Origin: Armatimonadota bacterium
GTDB lineage: Bacteria > Armatimonadota > UBA10988
Reading direction: 5' to 3'
Length of the DNA stretch: 64,000 bases
Assembly (NCBI GenBank): GCA_016235455.1
Contig: JACRKZ010000067.1
Location: 32,001 to 96,000, forward strand
Below are positions 33,720 through 43,957 of this stretch, in pieces (within the stretch, counting starts at the first letter, position 1; every line of letters begins with the position of its first letter). A program made the position numbers and the translations under genes. The notes under the pieces are model-generated. The model ran no database searches, was not told the DNA's origin, and was given only the letters and a program-made list of their open reading frames with translations.

Positions 33720-34994
33720 TCAGTGACCCCCGTTGCCTTCGATCTTGCCTTCGTCCTTGAAGAACAGGAGGAAGACGACCATGACGATGGCAGCAAAGCC
33801 CGCCAGCGGCCACCAGAACGTCGGCCACTGGCCCAGCGAGGCCGCGGTGCCCTTGTCGACGTTGGCGAAGACCGTCGCCGAGAACTTGGAGATGACCATG
33901 GCGCCGATCCACATGCCGATGCCCTGGGTGAACAGGATGTTCATGCCCTGGCACTGACCGCGGACGTTGCTGGGCGTGCTGTTGTCCACGTAGATCTGGC
34001 CGGTGACGAAGAAGAAGTCGTAGCACACGCCATGGAGCGCGATACCGATGGTCACCAGCGCCAGGCCGAAGCTCCCCATCGGCGCACCGATGGCGAACAG
34101 CACGTAGCGCGTGATCCAGGCGGCGATGCCGATGAAGATCAGCTTCTTGACGCCAAGCTTGCGCAGGAACCAGGCCATGGCGAACATCATGCCGGCCTCG
34201 AAGAAGGTGCCGATGTTCTGCAAGGCGGTGGTCTTGACCACCCCCATGGCGACCAACTGGAGCTGCAACATCGAGTAGTAGGCAGCCAGCGGGATGCAGA
34301 CCAGGAACGAGCAGAGGATGAAGACCAGGAACGACGGGTTCTTCATCTGCGCCCAGGCGTCCATGAACAGCAGCGAGCGGGTGTCGACCGGCTGGCCCTT
34401 CTTGGGCGCGGGCGTGGCCGGCAGGCTCAGGCAGAGCAGGCCGAGCAGGACCCCAGCGCCGCCGGCCAGGTAGAACTGGACCGCCGACTTGTTGCCCTCA
34501 TGGAAGCAGAAGGCCAGGACAAAACCGGCGATGATCCAGCCGATGGTGCCCCACATGCGGACGCGCGGGAACTGGATGCTGCCCTCGGGCAGGTGGTGGA
34601 ACGAGAGGCTGGCGGTCAGGCCCAGGGTGGGCATGTAGCACAGCATGTGGATGAAGATCAGGACGATGAACGCCACGCCCTGCGACATGCCGAAGACCGG
34701 CCCGGTGATGTGCGGCATGGCAAACATGACCAGACCGCCGATGAAGAACAGGGCGGCGAGGACCTTCTCCATGTTGAAGAAGCGGTCCACGATCAGGCCC
34801 ATGAGAATCGGCGTCACGATGGCCGACAACGGACCAGCGCCATAGGCCATGGCCACGTTCTTGTCCATGCCATGCGCGTTCATGTAGACGCCGACCGACA
34901 GGTACCAGGCGCCCCACATGAAGAACTGGAGAAACAACATCGCCGACAGCTTGAGGATGATGTTCCCGCCGCCGGCCCCTTCTTGCTTAGCCAT
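33720..34994 (-). CDS. Nucleoside:H+ symporter-family MFS permease (NupG/XapB-like)
   Basis: LSAMLFLQFFMWGAW, DRFF..EK, CYMPT, FPRVRMWGTIGWI, LHGVCYDFFFVTGQIY. Confidence 0.92.
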   Translation of the reverse strand: MAKQEGAGGGNIILKLSAMLFLQFFMWGAWYLSVGVYMNAHGMDKNVAMAYGAGPLSAIVTPILMGLIVDRFFNMEKVLAALFFIGGLVMFAMPHITGPVFGMSQGVAFIVLIFIHMLCYMPTLGLTASLSFHHLPEGSIQFPRVRMWGTIGWIIAGFVLAFCFHEGNKSAVQFYLAGGAGVLLGLLCLSLPATPAPKKGQPVDTRSLLFMDAWAQMKNPSFLVFILCSFLVCIPLAAYYSMLQLQLVAMGVVKTTALQNIGTFFEAGMMFAMAWFLRKLGVKKLIFIGIAAWITRYVLFAIGAPMGSFGLALVTIGIALHGVCYDFFFVTGQIYVDNSTPSNVRGQCQGMNILFTQGIGMWIGAMVISKFSATVFANVDKGTAASLGQWPTFWWPLAGFAAIVMVVFLLFFKDEGKIEGNGGH

Positions 34995-35270
34995 GCCCAA
35001 TCCCTTCTTTCCCAGGCCCCGCGCAGCCCCCGCGTACGCCGCCCGGATGCATCCGGTAGCCTACCACAGCCCAGCCGAGACGTGCAATGAGACGCGCCTC
35101 AGCTTCTCACATTGCCGGCCCAGTGCCTGTGCTATACTGCGCCGCTGAGGACAACGTCCTCGGGGGCTGCGCCGGACGAGACGATGTGGAGCTGTGGGCA
35201 GGAGGAGCCCGCGGAGCCGCGAACCAGTCTCGTGTCCTTGGATAACGAGGAGCGAATCGGGAGCCTCCAG

Positions 35271-36481
35271 ATGCCAGACTCGAATGTGACCCGACGCACT
35301 TTCCTAGGCCAAAGCCTGGGAACCGCGGCGGCCGTGTCAACCTTCTCCATCGTGCCCAGCCGAGTCCTTGCCCAGTCGCCAGCCGACAAGCTGACTCACG
35401 CCATCATCGGCGTAGGCGGCATGGGCAGTGGCCATATCGACTACGTCAACGCCGACCGCTCGGTCCTGGTGGCCGTCGCCGACTGCGACAAAGGGCGCAT
35501 GGAAGGCGCGGTGGCCAAGGCCAAGGGCAACCGCCACACCTCCTGCCGCGGCTACACCGACTTCCGCGAGATGCTCGACAAAGAGAAGATCGACATCTGC
35601 CACATCGCCACGCCGCCGCACTGGCACGCGCTGGCCTCGGTCATGGCCCTCGACGCGGGCTGCGACGTGTGGTGCGAGAAGCCCATGACCCACCACATCG
35701 GCGAAGGCTCGCCGGTGATCGAAGCCGTGCGCCGCAACGGCCGCGTCTTCCGACTCAACACCTGGTTCCGACTCAACAGCGGGTTCTACGGGCTGGGCAC
35801 CGATGGTCGGGCCGCACGGATCTCAAGCCCGAACCCGTACCCGCGGGCTTCGACTACGACATGTGGTTGGGACCGGCGCCCTACAAGCCGTATAGCGCCC
35901 ACCGCACGCACGGCACGTTCCGTGGCTACTGGGACTACGATGGCGGCGGCCTGGGCGACATGGGCCAGCACTACCTCGACCCGGTGCAGTACTTCCTCGG
36001 CAAGGACAACGAGAGCCCGGTCGAGATCCAGGCCTGGGCGCCGTACCCCGTGCATCCCGATGCCTGCGGCTCCTGGTACCAGGTCGAGATGACCTACGCC
36101 GACGGCTGCAAGATCATCCTCGAGGCCGATGTGGTGCCGGACGAAAACTCGGTGACCCGTGGCAAGCCCTACATCGAAGGCCCCAAGGGCAAGGTCTGGC
36201 CGGGCTTCCGGCTGGATCCGCCGGAGCTGCGCGATGCGCTGGCCAACCTGCCCGACCCGGAGCCGATGATCCAGGACTTCGAAGAGTCGGTGCGCACGCG
36301 CAAGCCGTTCGGCCTCAACGAGGTCAACGGCCACCGCAGCTGCACGCTGATCAACCTGGCCAACGCCGCCATCCGCACCGGGCGCAAGCTGCGCTTCGAC
36401 TCGGCGACCATGCGCTTTGTGGGCGATGACGAGGCCAACCGCCTCATCGACCAGCCCTACCGCGCACCGTGGCACCTGTGA
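35271..36481 (+). pseudogene. Tat-exported Gfo/Idh/MocA oxidoreductase interrupted by a deletion/frameshift at ~35802
   Basis: TRRTFL Tat motif, IIGVGGMG, ATPPHWH, WCEKP, RLNTWFR in one frame; WSGRTDL..DYDMWLGPAP, FRGYWDYDGGGLGDMGQHYLD, YRAPW in another. Confidence 0.85.
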
Positions 36482-36501
36482 GCCGGAAAGGACTCGCTTC
36501 C

Positions 36502-39500
36502 ATGCGACGCCGACTACTGACTTTGACCGCGGGTCTGCTGCTCAGCCTGACCTGCGCCTTCGGCCAGGCCCTTGATCTGGCCAAGCAACTGCCCATCAAC
36601 AACGCCAAGGACCCGCAAGCCTCGATGGACGCGAGCTGGAAGGTCCTGGGCGAACTGGCCAAGCTGGGCGCCGATGCCGTCAAGCAACTGAGCGCCGCGC
36701 AGGGCACGGCCGATGAGGCCAAGGCCTACTTCGCGCTCAACGGCCTGCGCACCTACGCCATGCGGCCCGGCGGCGACGCCGACCGCGCCGCCGTCGAGAG
36801 CGGCCTGCTCGACCAGATCAAGGCCAAGACCGACGCCGACCAGCGCAACCGCCTGATCCAGCTGCTGCAGTACCTGGCCACCGACAAGTCGGTGCCGGAG
36901 ATGGCGCCGCTGCTGGCCAACGACGACGCCAACGACTATGCCGTGCGCGTGCTGGCTTCGCTGGCCACGCCGGCCGCCAAGGCCGCGCTCGTCAAGGGCC
37001 AGGCTGGGCTCAAGGGCCGGCCGTTGGCCAATGTGGTGCGGGCGTTGGGCGAACTGGGCATCAAGGAGGCCAACGCCGCCATCCTGCCGCTGGCCACCTC
37101 CGATGACGCCGCGGTCAAGGCCGCCGCGCTCTACTCGCTGGCCATGCTGGGCGATGCCGCCAGCCGCGACACGCTGGTCAAGGCCGCCGACGCCGCGGGC
37201 AAGCTGGAACGCGCGGGCAACACCGCGCTGCTGCTGCGCTGGGCCGCTCGGGCTGGCGAGGCCGGTGCCGCCGCCGCGCGTGACCTGATCAAGGCGCGCG
37301 CCGCGGAGCCCAACACCGTCGTCGACGCCAACCTGGCCCTGCTCGGCGCGCTGGGCGACAAGGGCCTGCCCGAGTTCATCGCCGCGCTGGACACCCCGAA
37401 CCAGCAGGTGCGCGATGGTCTGCTGGCCGGCAGCGGCACGGTCGCCGGCGCGGCCATGTCCGACGCCCTGGTGGCCAAGCTCGACAGCGCCAAGCCCGAG
37501 CTGAAGGCCGCCATCCTGCGCACGCTGGGCAAGCGCGGTGCGCCGCAGGCCGCGGCCGCGCTGCGGACTGCCCTCAACGACGCCGACAAGTCGGTGGCGC
37601 TGGCCGCCATCGACGCCGCCGCCTGGCTGCTGCCCGCGGGGCCCGGCATCCTGCTGACCGCCATGGGCGGCGACCAGCCCGACCTCATCGCCGCCGCCGG
37701 CACGCAGCTCGCGCGCCTCGGCGACGAGCAGGCCGTGCGGGCGCTGGTCCTGACCATTCGCTCGGCCAACAACACGGCACAGGCCAAGCGCTACCTGGGC
37801 CGCCTGGGTCAGGCCGGTGGCGGAGCCGCCTGGCGCGTGCTAGGCATCTTCGTGACCGACCCGATCCTCGGGCCAGACGCCGCCGCGGCCGTGGCCACGG
37901 CGCTCACGCCCCGGCCCAACACCAAGCCGGCGCTGACCGCCGACAACCGCAAGACCGCCGAGCTGGCCGCCGCGGTAGCCACGGACCCCGCCGCCAAGGC
38001 CAAGCTGGCCGCGCTGGTGGGCGGTGGCGGCGGACCGGCCAAGGACACCAACCTGGCGCTCAACAAGCCGGTCTTCGAGAGCGGCGACCATGAGGCCGAC
38101 CAGGTGCCCGAGAATGCCGTCGACGGCAAGTTCGACGACCCGGGCGTGGGCTGGTGGACGCCGGGCCCGGCCAGCATCACCGTCAACCTGCAGAACGTCT
38201 ACCGCATCGACCGCGTCAAGGTCTACACCTACTGGCTGGACGGCCGCTCCTATCAGTACACGGTCGACATCTCAATGGACAACAAGTCCTGGTCGCCGGT
38301 GGCCGACCGCAGCAAGAACACCGACGCCTCCACGAGCAAGGGTGACGAGATCACCTTCCCGGCCACCGACGCCAAGTTCGTGCGGCTGAACATGCTCAAG
38401 AACACGGCCAACGCCTCGATGCACGTGGTCGAGTTCCAGGTCTTCCCGGTCGGCGCGGCGGCCGCGCCGGCGGTGGCGGGCAAGAGCCTGGCCGAGGGCA
38501 AGCCGGTTACCGGTGAGCCGGCCGCCGAGGCCGACAACACGCCCGAACGCGCCGTGGACGGCCTGTCGGACAACACCGACCAGGGCTGGTGGGCCGGCGG
38601 CACGCCGGCCACGCTGACCGTCGACCTGAAGGACACCTTCAAGATCGACACCACCCAGGTCTGGTTCTACTGGGGCAATGAGCGCTCCTATCAGTGGAAG
38701 GTGGAGACGAGCAAGGACGGCAAGGAGTGGACCCTGGCCGCCGACCGCACCGCCAACACCGAGAACACCAGCGACAAGGGCTTCATCGACACCTTCAAGA
38801 CGGTCGAAGCCCGCTATGTGCGGCTGGTGGTGACCAAGAACAGCGCCAATCCCAGCTCGCATGTGGTCGAGTTCAAGGTCTTCGCCGAGGGTACCGGGCC
38901 CAAGGCCGCGCCGGTGGTTCCGCCGCGCGTGGTCGAGGCCCCCAAGCCCGACGCCGACGGCTACCAGAACCTGCTGTACGACAAGGATCTGGGCGCCAGC
39001 GGCTGGGTCGGCTCGACCAAGGGCTACGAACTGGATGACCAGGGCGTGTTGCACTGCATCAAGAACCAGGGCGGCAACCTGCTGACGGCCAAGGAGTACG
39101 GCGACTTCAGCTTCCGGTTCGAGTTCAAGCTGACGCCGGGCGCCAACAACGGCGTGGGCATTCGCACGCCGGTGGGCGTCAATGCGGCCTACGGTGGCAT
39201 GGAGATCCAGATCCTGGACGACCGCCACCCGATGTACAAGGACCTCCACGACTACCAGGCCCACGGCAGCGTCTACGGTGTCGTGCCGGCCAAGCGCGAC
39301 CTGCTCAAGCCGGTGGGCGAGTGGAACGCCGAGGAGATCATCTGCCAGGGCACGAAGATCAAGATCATCGTCAACGGCCAGGTCGCCGTGGATGCCGATC
39401 TGAAGGACTGCAAGCCCGTGGACGGCCAGCAGCACCCTGGCTTGCTGAACCCCAAGGGCCACGTCGGCTTCCTGGGTCACACCGATGAGCTCTGGTTCCG

Positions 39501-39525
39501 CAACGTGAAGATCAAGGAGCTGTAA
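36502..39525 (+). CDS. Secreted HEAT-repeat + 2x F5/8 type C + DUF1080 (3-keto-glycoside hydrolase/lyase) protein
   Basis: Signal peptide; Ala/Leu-rich HEAT repeats; NLALNKPV..AVDG and SLAEGKPV..AVDG; GGNLLT.KEYGDF..FEFKL..GANNG, EIQILD, GEWN.EEI, GHVGFLGH..FRNVKIKEL. Confidence 0.9.
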   Translation: MRRRLLTLTAGLLLSLTCAFGQALDLAKQLPINNAKDPQASMDASWKVLGELAKLGADAVKQLSAAQGTADEAKAYFALNGLRTYAMRPGGDADRAAVESGLLDQIKAKTDADQRNRLIQLLQYLATDKSVPEMAPLLANDDANDYAVRVLASLATPAAKAALVKGQAGLKGRPLANVVRALGELGIKEANAAILPLATSDDAAVKAAALYSLAMLGDAASRDTLVKAADAAGKLERAGNTALLLRWAARAGEAGAAAARDLIKARAAEPNTVVDANLALLGALGDKGLPEFIAALDTPNQQVRDGLLAGSGTVAGAAMSDALVAKLDSAKPELKAAILRTLGKRGAPQAAAALRTALNDADKSVALAAIDAAAWLLPAGPGILLTAMGGDQPDLIAAAGTQLARLGDEQAVRALVLTIRSANNTAQAKRYLGRLGQAGGGAAWRVLGIFVTDPILGPDAAAAVATALTPRPNTKPALTADNRKTAELAAAVATDPAAKAKLAALVGGGGGPAKDTNLALNKPVFESGDHEADQVPENAVDGKFDDPGVGWWTPGPASITVNLQNVYRIDRVKVYTYWLDGRSYQYTVDISMDNKSWSPVADRSKNTDASTSKGDEITFPATDAKFVRLNMLKNTANASMHVVEFQVFPVGAAAAPAVAGKSLAEGKPVTGEPAAEADNTPERAVDGLSDNTDQGWWAGGTPATLTVDLKDTFKIDTTQVWFYWGNERSYQWKVETSKDGKEWTLAADRTANTENTSDKGFIDTFKTVEARYVRLVVTKNSANPSSHVVEFKVFAEGTGPKAAPVVPPRVVEAPKPDADGYQNLLYDKDLGASGWVGSTKGYELDDQGVLHCIKNQGGNLLTAKEYGDFSFRFEFKLTPGANNGVGIRTPVGVNAAYGGMEIQILDDRHPMYKDLHDYQAHGSVYGVVPAKRDLLKPVGEWNAEEIICQGTKIKIIVNGQVAVDADLKDCKPVDGQQHPGLLNPKGHVGFLGHTDELWFRNVKIKEL

Positions 39526-39552
39526 GGCTCGCCGCGGAGCAGACTACCCGAT

Positions 39553-39601
39553 CAACAGAACGGGGCGGATGGGAGACCGGCCCATCCGCCCCGTTCTGTT
39601 G
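39553..39601. terminator. Bidirectional terminator
   Basis: CAACAGAACGGGGCGGATGGG / CCCATCCGCCCCGTTCTGTTG perfect 21-bp stem between convergent genes. Confidence 0.85.
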
Positions 39602-39603
39602 TC

Positions 39604-41673
39604 TCAGCGCTGTGCTTCGTCCTTCAGCCGCAGCACCTTCTCGTGCTCGGCCTCGGTCAGGCCCTTCTCGCTCATCAGCGCCTGGCGCTCGTCCGCGCTC
39701 AAGCTCGCCATGATCTTGAGGTTATCGTCGTAGTTGGCCAGCCAGGCCTCGATATCGGGCAGCGCTCGCCGCCTGGCATCGGCGATGCGGCCGGCATCGG
39801 TGTCCAGCGCCGCGATGCGCAACAGCGCCTCGGCGTGGACCGTGTCGAGTTGATAGGTCAACGCCTTCACCGCCAGCGCTGGCGTCTGGGCCAGCCGGTC
39901 GAGTTCGCGATAGACGCCCAGGGCGTCCGCCGGGCGGTCGGCCTTCTCCAGCAGTTGACCCAGTTGCAGTCGCCCTTGTAGGTGCAACGGGCTGAGCGCC
40001 ACGGCCAGCGCCGACTGCGTCACGGCCTCGTCGAGCCGGCCCCAGCGCGCCTCGCAGGCCGCCAACCGGTAATGCGGGCGGGCGCTCGTGGGGCGCCGCG
40101 CGATGACCTGACGATAGGCCGCGCGGGCCTCGTCACGACGGTCCATCGAGGCCAGCAGGCTGGCCCAATCCTCCATGGCCAGCGCGGCCCATGGCTGCCA
40201 GGTCATGGCCGTCTGGTAGGCGCTCTCGGCGGTGCCCGGCGCGCCGCCGGCGTGCGCCGCCTGGCCCGCGGCGCGCGCCGTCTCGCTGAGCGACATGGCC
40301 GCCAGCAGCAGGGCCAGCGCCAGGCCCGCCAGCCAGCCCTTGCTCCGCCGTGGCGCGGCGGTCACGGCCGGCGCGGTGGCCGCGGCCAGCAGCACCAGGG
40401 CGCCGCCCACGGCAGTCACGCTCCAGCCAGTGTCCACCAGCCCGGCCAGGGCCACGCCGATCACGCTGGCCAGCGCCGCCACCCCGAGCGCCACCTGCCC
40501 GCCGTCGGCCACCTGGCGCCGCGCGTCACGCAGCATCACGGCGTACAGCGCGGCCAGCGCCAGCACCCCAGCCACGCCCACTTCGGCGCCGATGCCCAGC
40601 CAGTCGCTGTGCGCGTGCTGGGTGTAGCCGCTGTGGGCGAACTGGGCATAGGCCAGCGCCCAGCCACCCAGCCCGCAGCCCAGCAGCGGATGGGCGCGGA
40701 TCATGTCCAGCGAGCCGCCCCACACCAGCATGCGGAACTGCTGCGAGTGGGACTGCGTGGCCAGTGCCAGGAACCGTGCGCGCAACGGACCCAACAGCGC
40801 CAGCGCGGCCACCAGCACGATGACCGCCAGCGCGCCGAGCGCCGCTTTGCGCCGCCCGCCCCGCGCCAACGCCACCGTGGCCGTCACGGCACCGGCCATG
40901 ACGGCCAGGAATCCGCCCTTGGAGCCGGTCAGGCCCAGCGCGGCCAGCACCAGCAACGCGCCCAGCGCACCGAGCAGGCGCAGCTTGGCCGAGGCGGAGC
41001 GCACCTGGTTGGCTTCCAGCCAGCGCACCGGCGCACTGTCTTCGCCCAGCCAGGCAGCGCCCGCCAGGCACAACGGCGCCGACACCACCAGGAAGGCGGC
41101 GAACTGGTTGGGGTTGCCAAAGCCGGCGAAGACGCGCCAGCCGGCATCGCCCGCGCGCAGGTTGGGCAGGTACTCGCGCAGCGCCGTCAGGGCGATGAGC
41201 GTGGCCCCGGTCACCAGGCCGGCCAGCACCACGGAGCGCCGCACGCGTAGCGCCGCCTGGCACAGCAGGAGCAGCAGCCCGAGGCGCGTCAACTCGGCCA
41301 CGCCGTATTCCAGATCCGCGGGATAGGCCAACGGCAGGCGCTGGCCGAAGGGTGTCACCACCGAACCGGCCGCGCGCGGCAGCAGCGACACAGCGCCGAG
41401 CACGAGCAGGGCCGTCAGCGGCCAGACCGCCGCCGACCGGCGCAGCGGCGTCGGCCGCAGCATGACCACCAGCAGGGCACCGATGGCCAGGATCAGCCTT
41501 CCCCAAGGCACGCCAACCTGTACCGGACTGTCGAGCACGATGCCACGGCCCAGGAACGGCAGGGCCGCGGCCACGGCGAACAGGAGCAGTTCGGGCAGCG
41601 CGACGGCGGGCTTGACCAGCGGGGCCGCCGCGGGCTCGGGCGCCGGTGGAGCGGTGCGGCGAGGCTTGGGCAT
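39604..41673 (-). CDS. O-antigen ligase family (Wzy_C) protein with C-terminal TPRs
   Basis: FGNPNQFA, LTGSKGG, R..VW..M...HPLLGCGLG, HAHSDWL...AEVG; TPR tail. Confidence 0.88.
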   Translation of the reverse strand: MPKPRRTAPPAPEPAAAPLVKPAVALPELLLFAVAAALPFLGRGIVLDSPVQVGVPWGRLILAIGALLVVMLRPTPLRRSAAVWPLTALLVLGAVSLLPRAAGSVVTPFGQRLPLAYPADLEYGVAELTRLGLLLLLCQAALRVRRSVVLAGLVTGATLIALTALREYLPNLRAGDAGWRVFAGFGNPNQFAAFLVVSAPLCLAGAAWLGEDSAPVRWLEANQVRSASAKLRLLGALGALLVLAALGLTGSKGGFLAVMAGAVTATVALARGGRRKAALGALAVIVLVAALALLGPLRARFLALATQSHSQQFRMLVWGGSLDMIRAHPLLGCGLGGWALAYAQFAHSGYTQHAHSDWLGIGAEVGVAGVLALAALYAVMLRDARRQVADGGQVALGVAALASVIGVALAGLVDTGWSVTAVGGALVLLAAATAPAVTAAPRRSKGWLAGLALALLLAAMSLSETARAAGQAAHAGGAPGTAESAYQTAMTWQPWAALAMEDWASLLASMDRRDEARAAYRQVIARRPTSARPHYRLAACEARWGRLDEAVTQSALAVALSPLHLQGRLQLGQLLEKADRPADALGVYRELDRLAQTPALAVKALTYQLDTVHAEALLRIAALDTDAGRIADARRRALPDIEAWLANYDDNLKIMASLSADERQALMSEKGLTEAEHEKVLRLKDEAQR

Positions 41674-41679
41674 GGCAGG

Positions 41680-43392
41680 CTACCCCCGGCTGGCGTAGCG
41701 CAGGTCGGAGACAGTGAACTGCGCGCGTTCCTCGCCGTTCCAGCTATCGACCGCCAGCGAGCCGACGGCCTCGACGCGCGCGCCGACCTCGACCCGCTCG
41801 GCGTTCTGCCCGGCTTGCGGCCAGAATGCCTTGAGCTGGCCGCGCATGTCGGTACGGAAGCTCAGTTGCAGATGGTTGCCATCGTTGGTGACGCGCACGC
41901 TGGCGATCTCGACGTCGGTCAGCTTGAGCACCGGCGCCGGGTTGCCATGGCCGAACGGCTCCAGCGCGGCGAGCTGGCGGGCCAGCTCCAGCGTGGCCAT
42001 GCGGCCCTTGACCGCGCACTCGTACTCGACCACGGGCGTCAGGTCGTCCTCGGTCATGCGGCTGCGCACCGCGGCATCGAACCGCTCACACAGCGCCTCG
42101 ATGTTGGCCGCCGGCAGACTGAAGCCTGCGGCGTGATGATGCCCGCCAAAGCCGGTGAGCAGGTCGGCGCAGTCGTTCAGCGCGGCGTGCAGGTCGACCA
42201 CGTTGGTGCTGCGGCCCGAGCCCTTGGCGTTCTCGCCGGAAATGGAGATGACCAGTGTCGGCCGATGGTAGCGCTGGCACAGCCGGCTAGCCACCAGGCC
42301 CACCACGCCTTCGTGCCAACCGTCACCCGACACAACCAGGCCCCACTTCTCGTGCAGGCTCAGGTTGCGCACGCGCTCGTGGGCGAGGTCGGTCAGCCGG
42401 CTCTCCACCTCGCGCCGCTCGCGGTTGAGCTTCTCCAGCGAGTCGGCCAGTTCCCAGGCCTGCTGGTTGTCCTCGGTGGTCAACAGGTCGAAGGCCGCGC
42501 GCGCGGTCTCCAGCCGACCAGCGGCGTTGAGCCGCGGACCGATGCCGAACCCGATGTCGCGCGCCGAGAGGCGTCCGCTCTTGCCCAGCCCGGCGATCTG
42601 CAACATCGCCAGCAGGCCCGGCGAGGTGGTACGGCCCAGACGCTTCAGGCCGTGGTAGACAAAGAAGCGGTTCTCACCGACCAGCGGCATGATGTCGGCG
42701 ACGGTGCCGATGGCCACCAACTCGAGCAACTCGGCGGCCGGGACCTTCGGGTCCTCGCCCAGCAACTCGGCGGTCTTCAGGCACAGCTTGTAGGCTACTG
42801 CCGCGCCGCAGATCTCCTTCTGGGGATACTGCGACTCCGCACGCTGCGGGTCGACCGTCGGCACGGCTGGCAGACGCTCGGGCGGCAGATGGTGGTCGGT
42901 GACGATGACGTCGACACCGAGCGACACCGCGGTCTCGATCTCCGCCGCGCCGCTCACGCCGCAATCCACGGTGACCATGAGGTTGGGCTTGTGCTGGGTC
43001 AGCACGCGGATCACCGCGCCGGCGTTCAGGCCGTAACCCTCGTCGAAGCGGTCGGGCACGTAGTAGTTGACCTTCACGCCGCGCGCCAGGAGGAACTTGT
43101 AGAGCAGCGCGCCGGCGGTGCTGCCGTCGGCGTCGTAATCGCCGTAGATGCACACCGACTGCTGCTCGCGCACGGCGGTGGCCAGACGCTCCGCCGCGGG
43201 CGCCATGTCCGGCAGCAACGCGGGATCGTGCAGGCTGGCGAGCGTGGGCCGCAGGAACTCGGGCATGGCCTCGGGCGTCAGGCCGCGGTTGAGCAGGATG
43301 TGGGCGACGACGGGGTCGATGGCGAGGTCACGCGCCGCCTGCCGCGCTTCGTCGCGCCGGTCCGCCGCGGGCCGCCAGATGCTGGAACGCAT
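41680..43392 (-). CDS. recJ: ssDNA-specific exonuclease RecJ
   Basis: YGDYDADG, PDRFDEGYG, TVDCG, TDHH, GTVAD, PRLNAAGR, KGSGRS, FGGH, LEPFGHGNP. Confidence 0.97.
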   Translation of the reverse strand: MRSSIWRPAADRRDEARQAARDLAIDPVVAHILLNRGLTPEAMPEFLRPTLASLHDPALLPDMAPAAERLATAVREQQSVCIYGDYDADGSTAGALLYKFLLARGVKVNYYVPDRFDEGYGLNAGAVIRVLTQHKPNLMVTVDCGVSGAAEIETAVSLGVDVIVTDHHLPPERLPAVPTVDPQRAESQYPQKEICGAAVAYKLCLKTAELLGEDPKVPAAELLELVAIGTVADIMPLVGENRFFVYHGLKRLGRTTSPGLLAMLQIAGLGKSGRLSARDIGFGIGPRLNAAGRLETARAAFDLLTTEDNQQAWELADSLEKLNRERREVESRLTDLAHERVRNLSLHEKWGLVVSGDGWHEGVVGLVASRLCQRYHRPTLVISISGENAKGSGRSTNVVDLHAALNDCADLLTGFGGHHHAAGFSLPAANIEALCERFDAAVRSRMTEDDLTPVVEYECAVKGRMATLELARQLAALEPFGHGNPAPVLKLTDVEIASVRVTNDGNHLQLSFRTDMRGQLKAFWPQAGQNAERVEVGARVEAVGSLAVDSWNGEERAQFTVSDLRYASRG

Positions 43393-43395
43393 CGT

Positions 43396-43908
43396 CTACC
43401 GCCCGCGCCGACGGTCGGCGCGTCGGCGCTGAGCGTCTTCGATGGCCAGCTTCTGCAGGTCCACCCCGGCCGCCACGTCGTCGTCGAGCAGTTCCGCGGA
43501 GCCAATGGGTGTGGCCGCCGGCACGACCGGGTCGATGGCGCCGATGGCGGTGTCGAAGCCTTCGCGTAGCACGGGCAGCGCGCCTTCCAGCGCGCGGTTG
43601 GCCGCGGCCAGGCGTTCGTTGTCGCGGCGCTGCGCCTCAATGGTGCTGCGCCAGGTGCGGCCCAGCGAAGCAAAGGTGACGATGGCGGCCAGGGCGCCGA
43701 TGATCGCGCCGAAGCCGAACACGCCCCCCAGCATCTCCGGCAGTGTGGCATACAGCCGGTTGTTGCCTGGCAACTCCAGCGCCAGCACGCGCGGATCCGC
43801 CACCGGCAGCGTGACCGCCTTGCCCCAGTTGAACCAGAGCACGATGACGAATAGCGCCACCGGCGCCACCACCAGCAACGTTGCCACGCCCATCCCGAGC
43901 CGCTTCAT
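43396..43908 (-). CDS. LapA-like membrane protein
   Basis: Two TM helices followed by a coiled coil, immediately upstream of recJ. Confidence 0.55.
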   Translation of the reverse strand: MKRLGMGVATLLVVAPVALFVIVLWFNWGKAVTLPVADPRVLALELPGNNRLYATLPEMLGGVFGFGAIIGALAAIVTFASLGRTWRSTIEAQRRDNERLAAANRALEGALPVLREGFDTAIGAIDPVVPAATPIGSAELLDDDVAAGVDLQKLAIEDAQRRRADRRRGR

Positions 43909-43957
43909 GCCATGGTTACCCCGGTCGTTGGCAGTATAGTCAAACCCTGGGCGACGG

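Noticed and set aside
35790-35815. Programmed ribosomal frameshift in the Gfo gene
   Set aside because: No slippery sequence, and coding sequence appears to be missing at the junction
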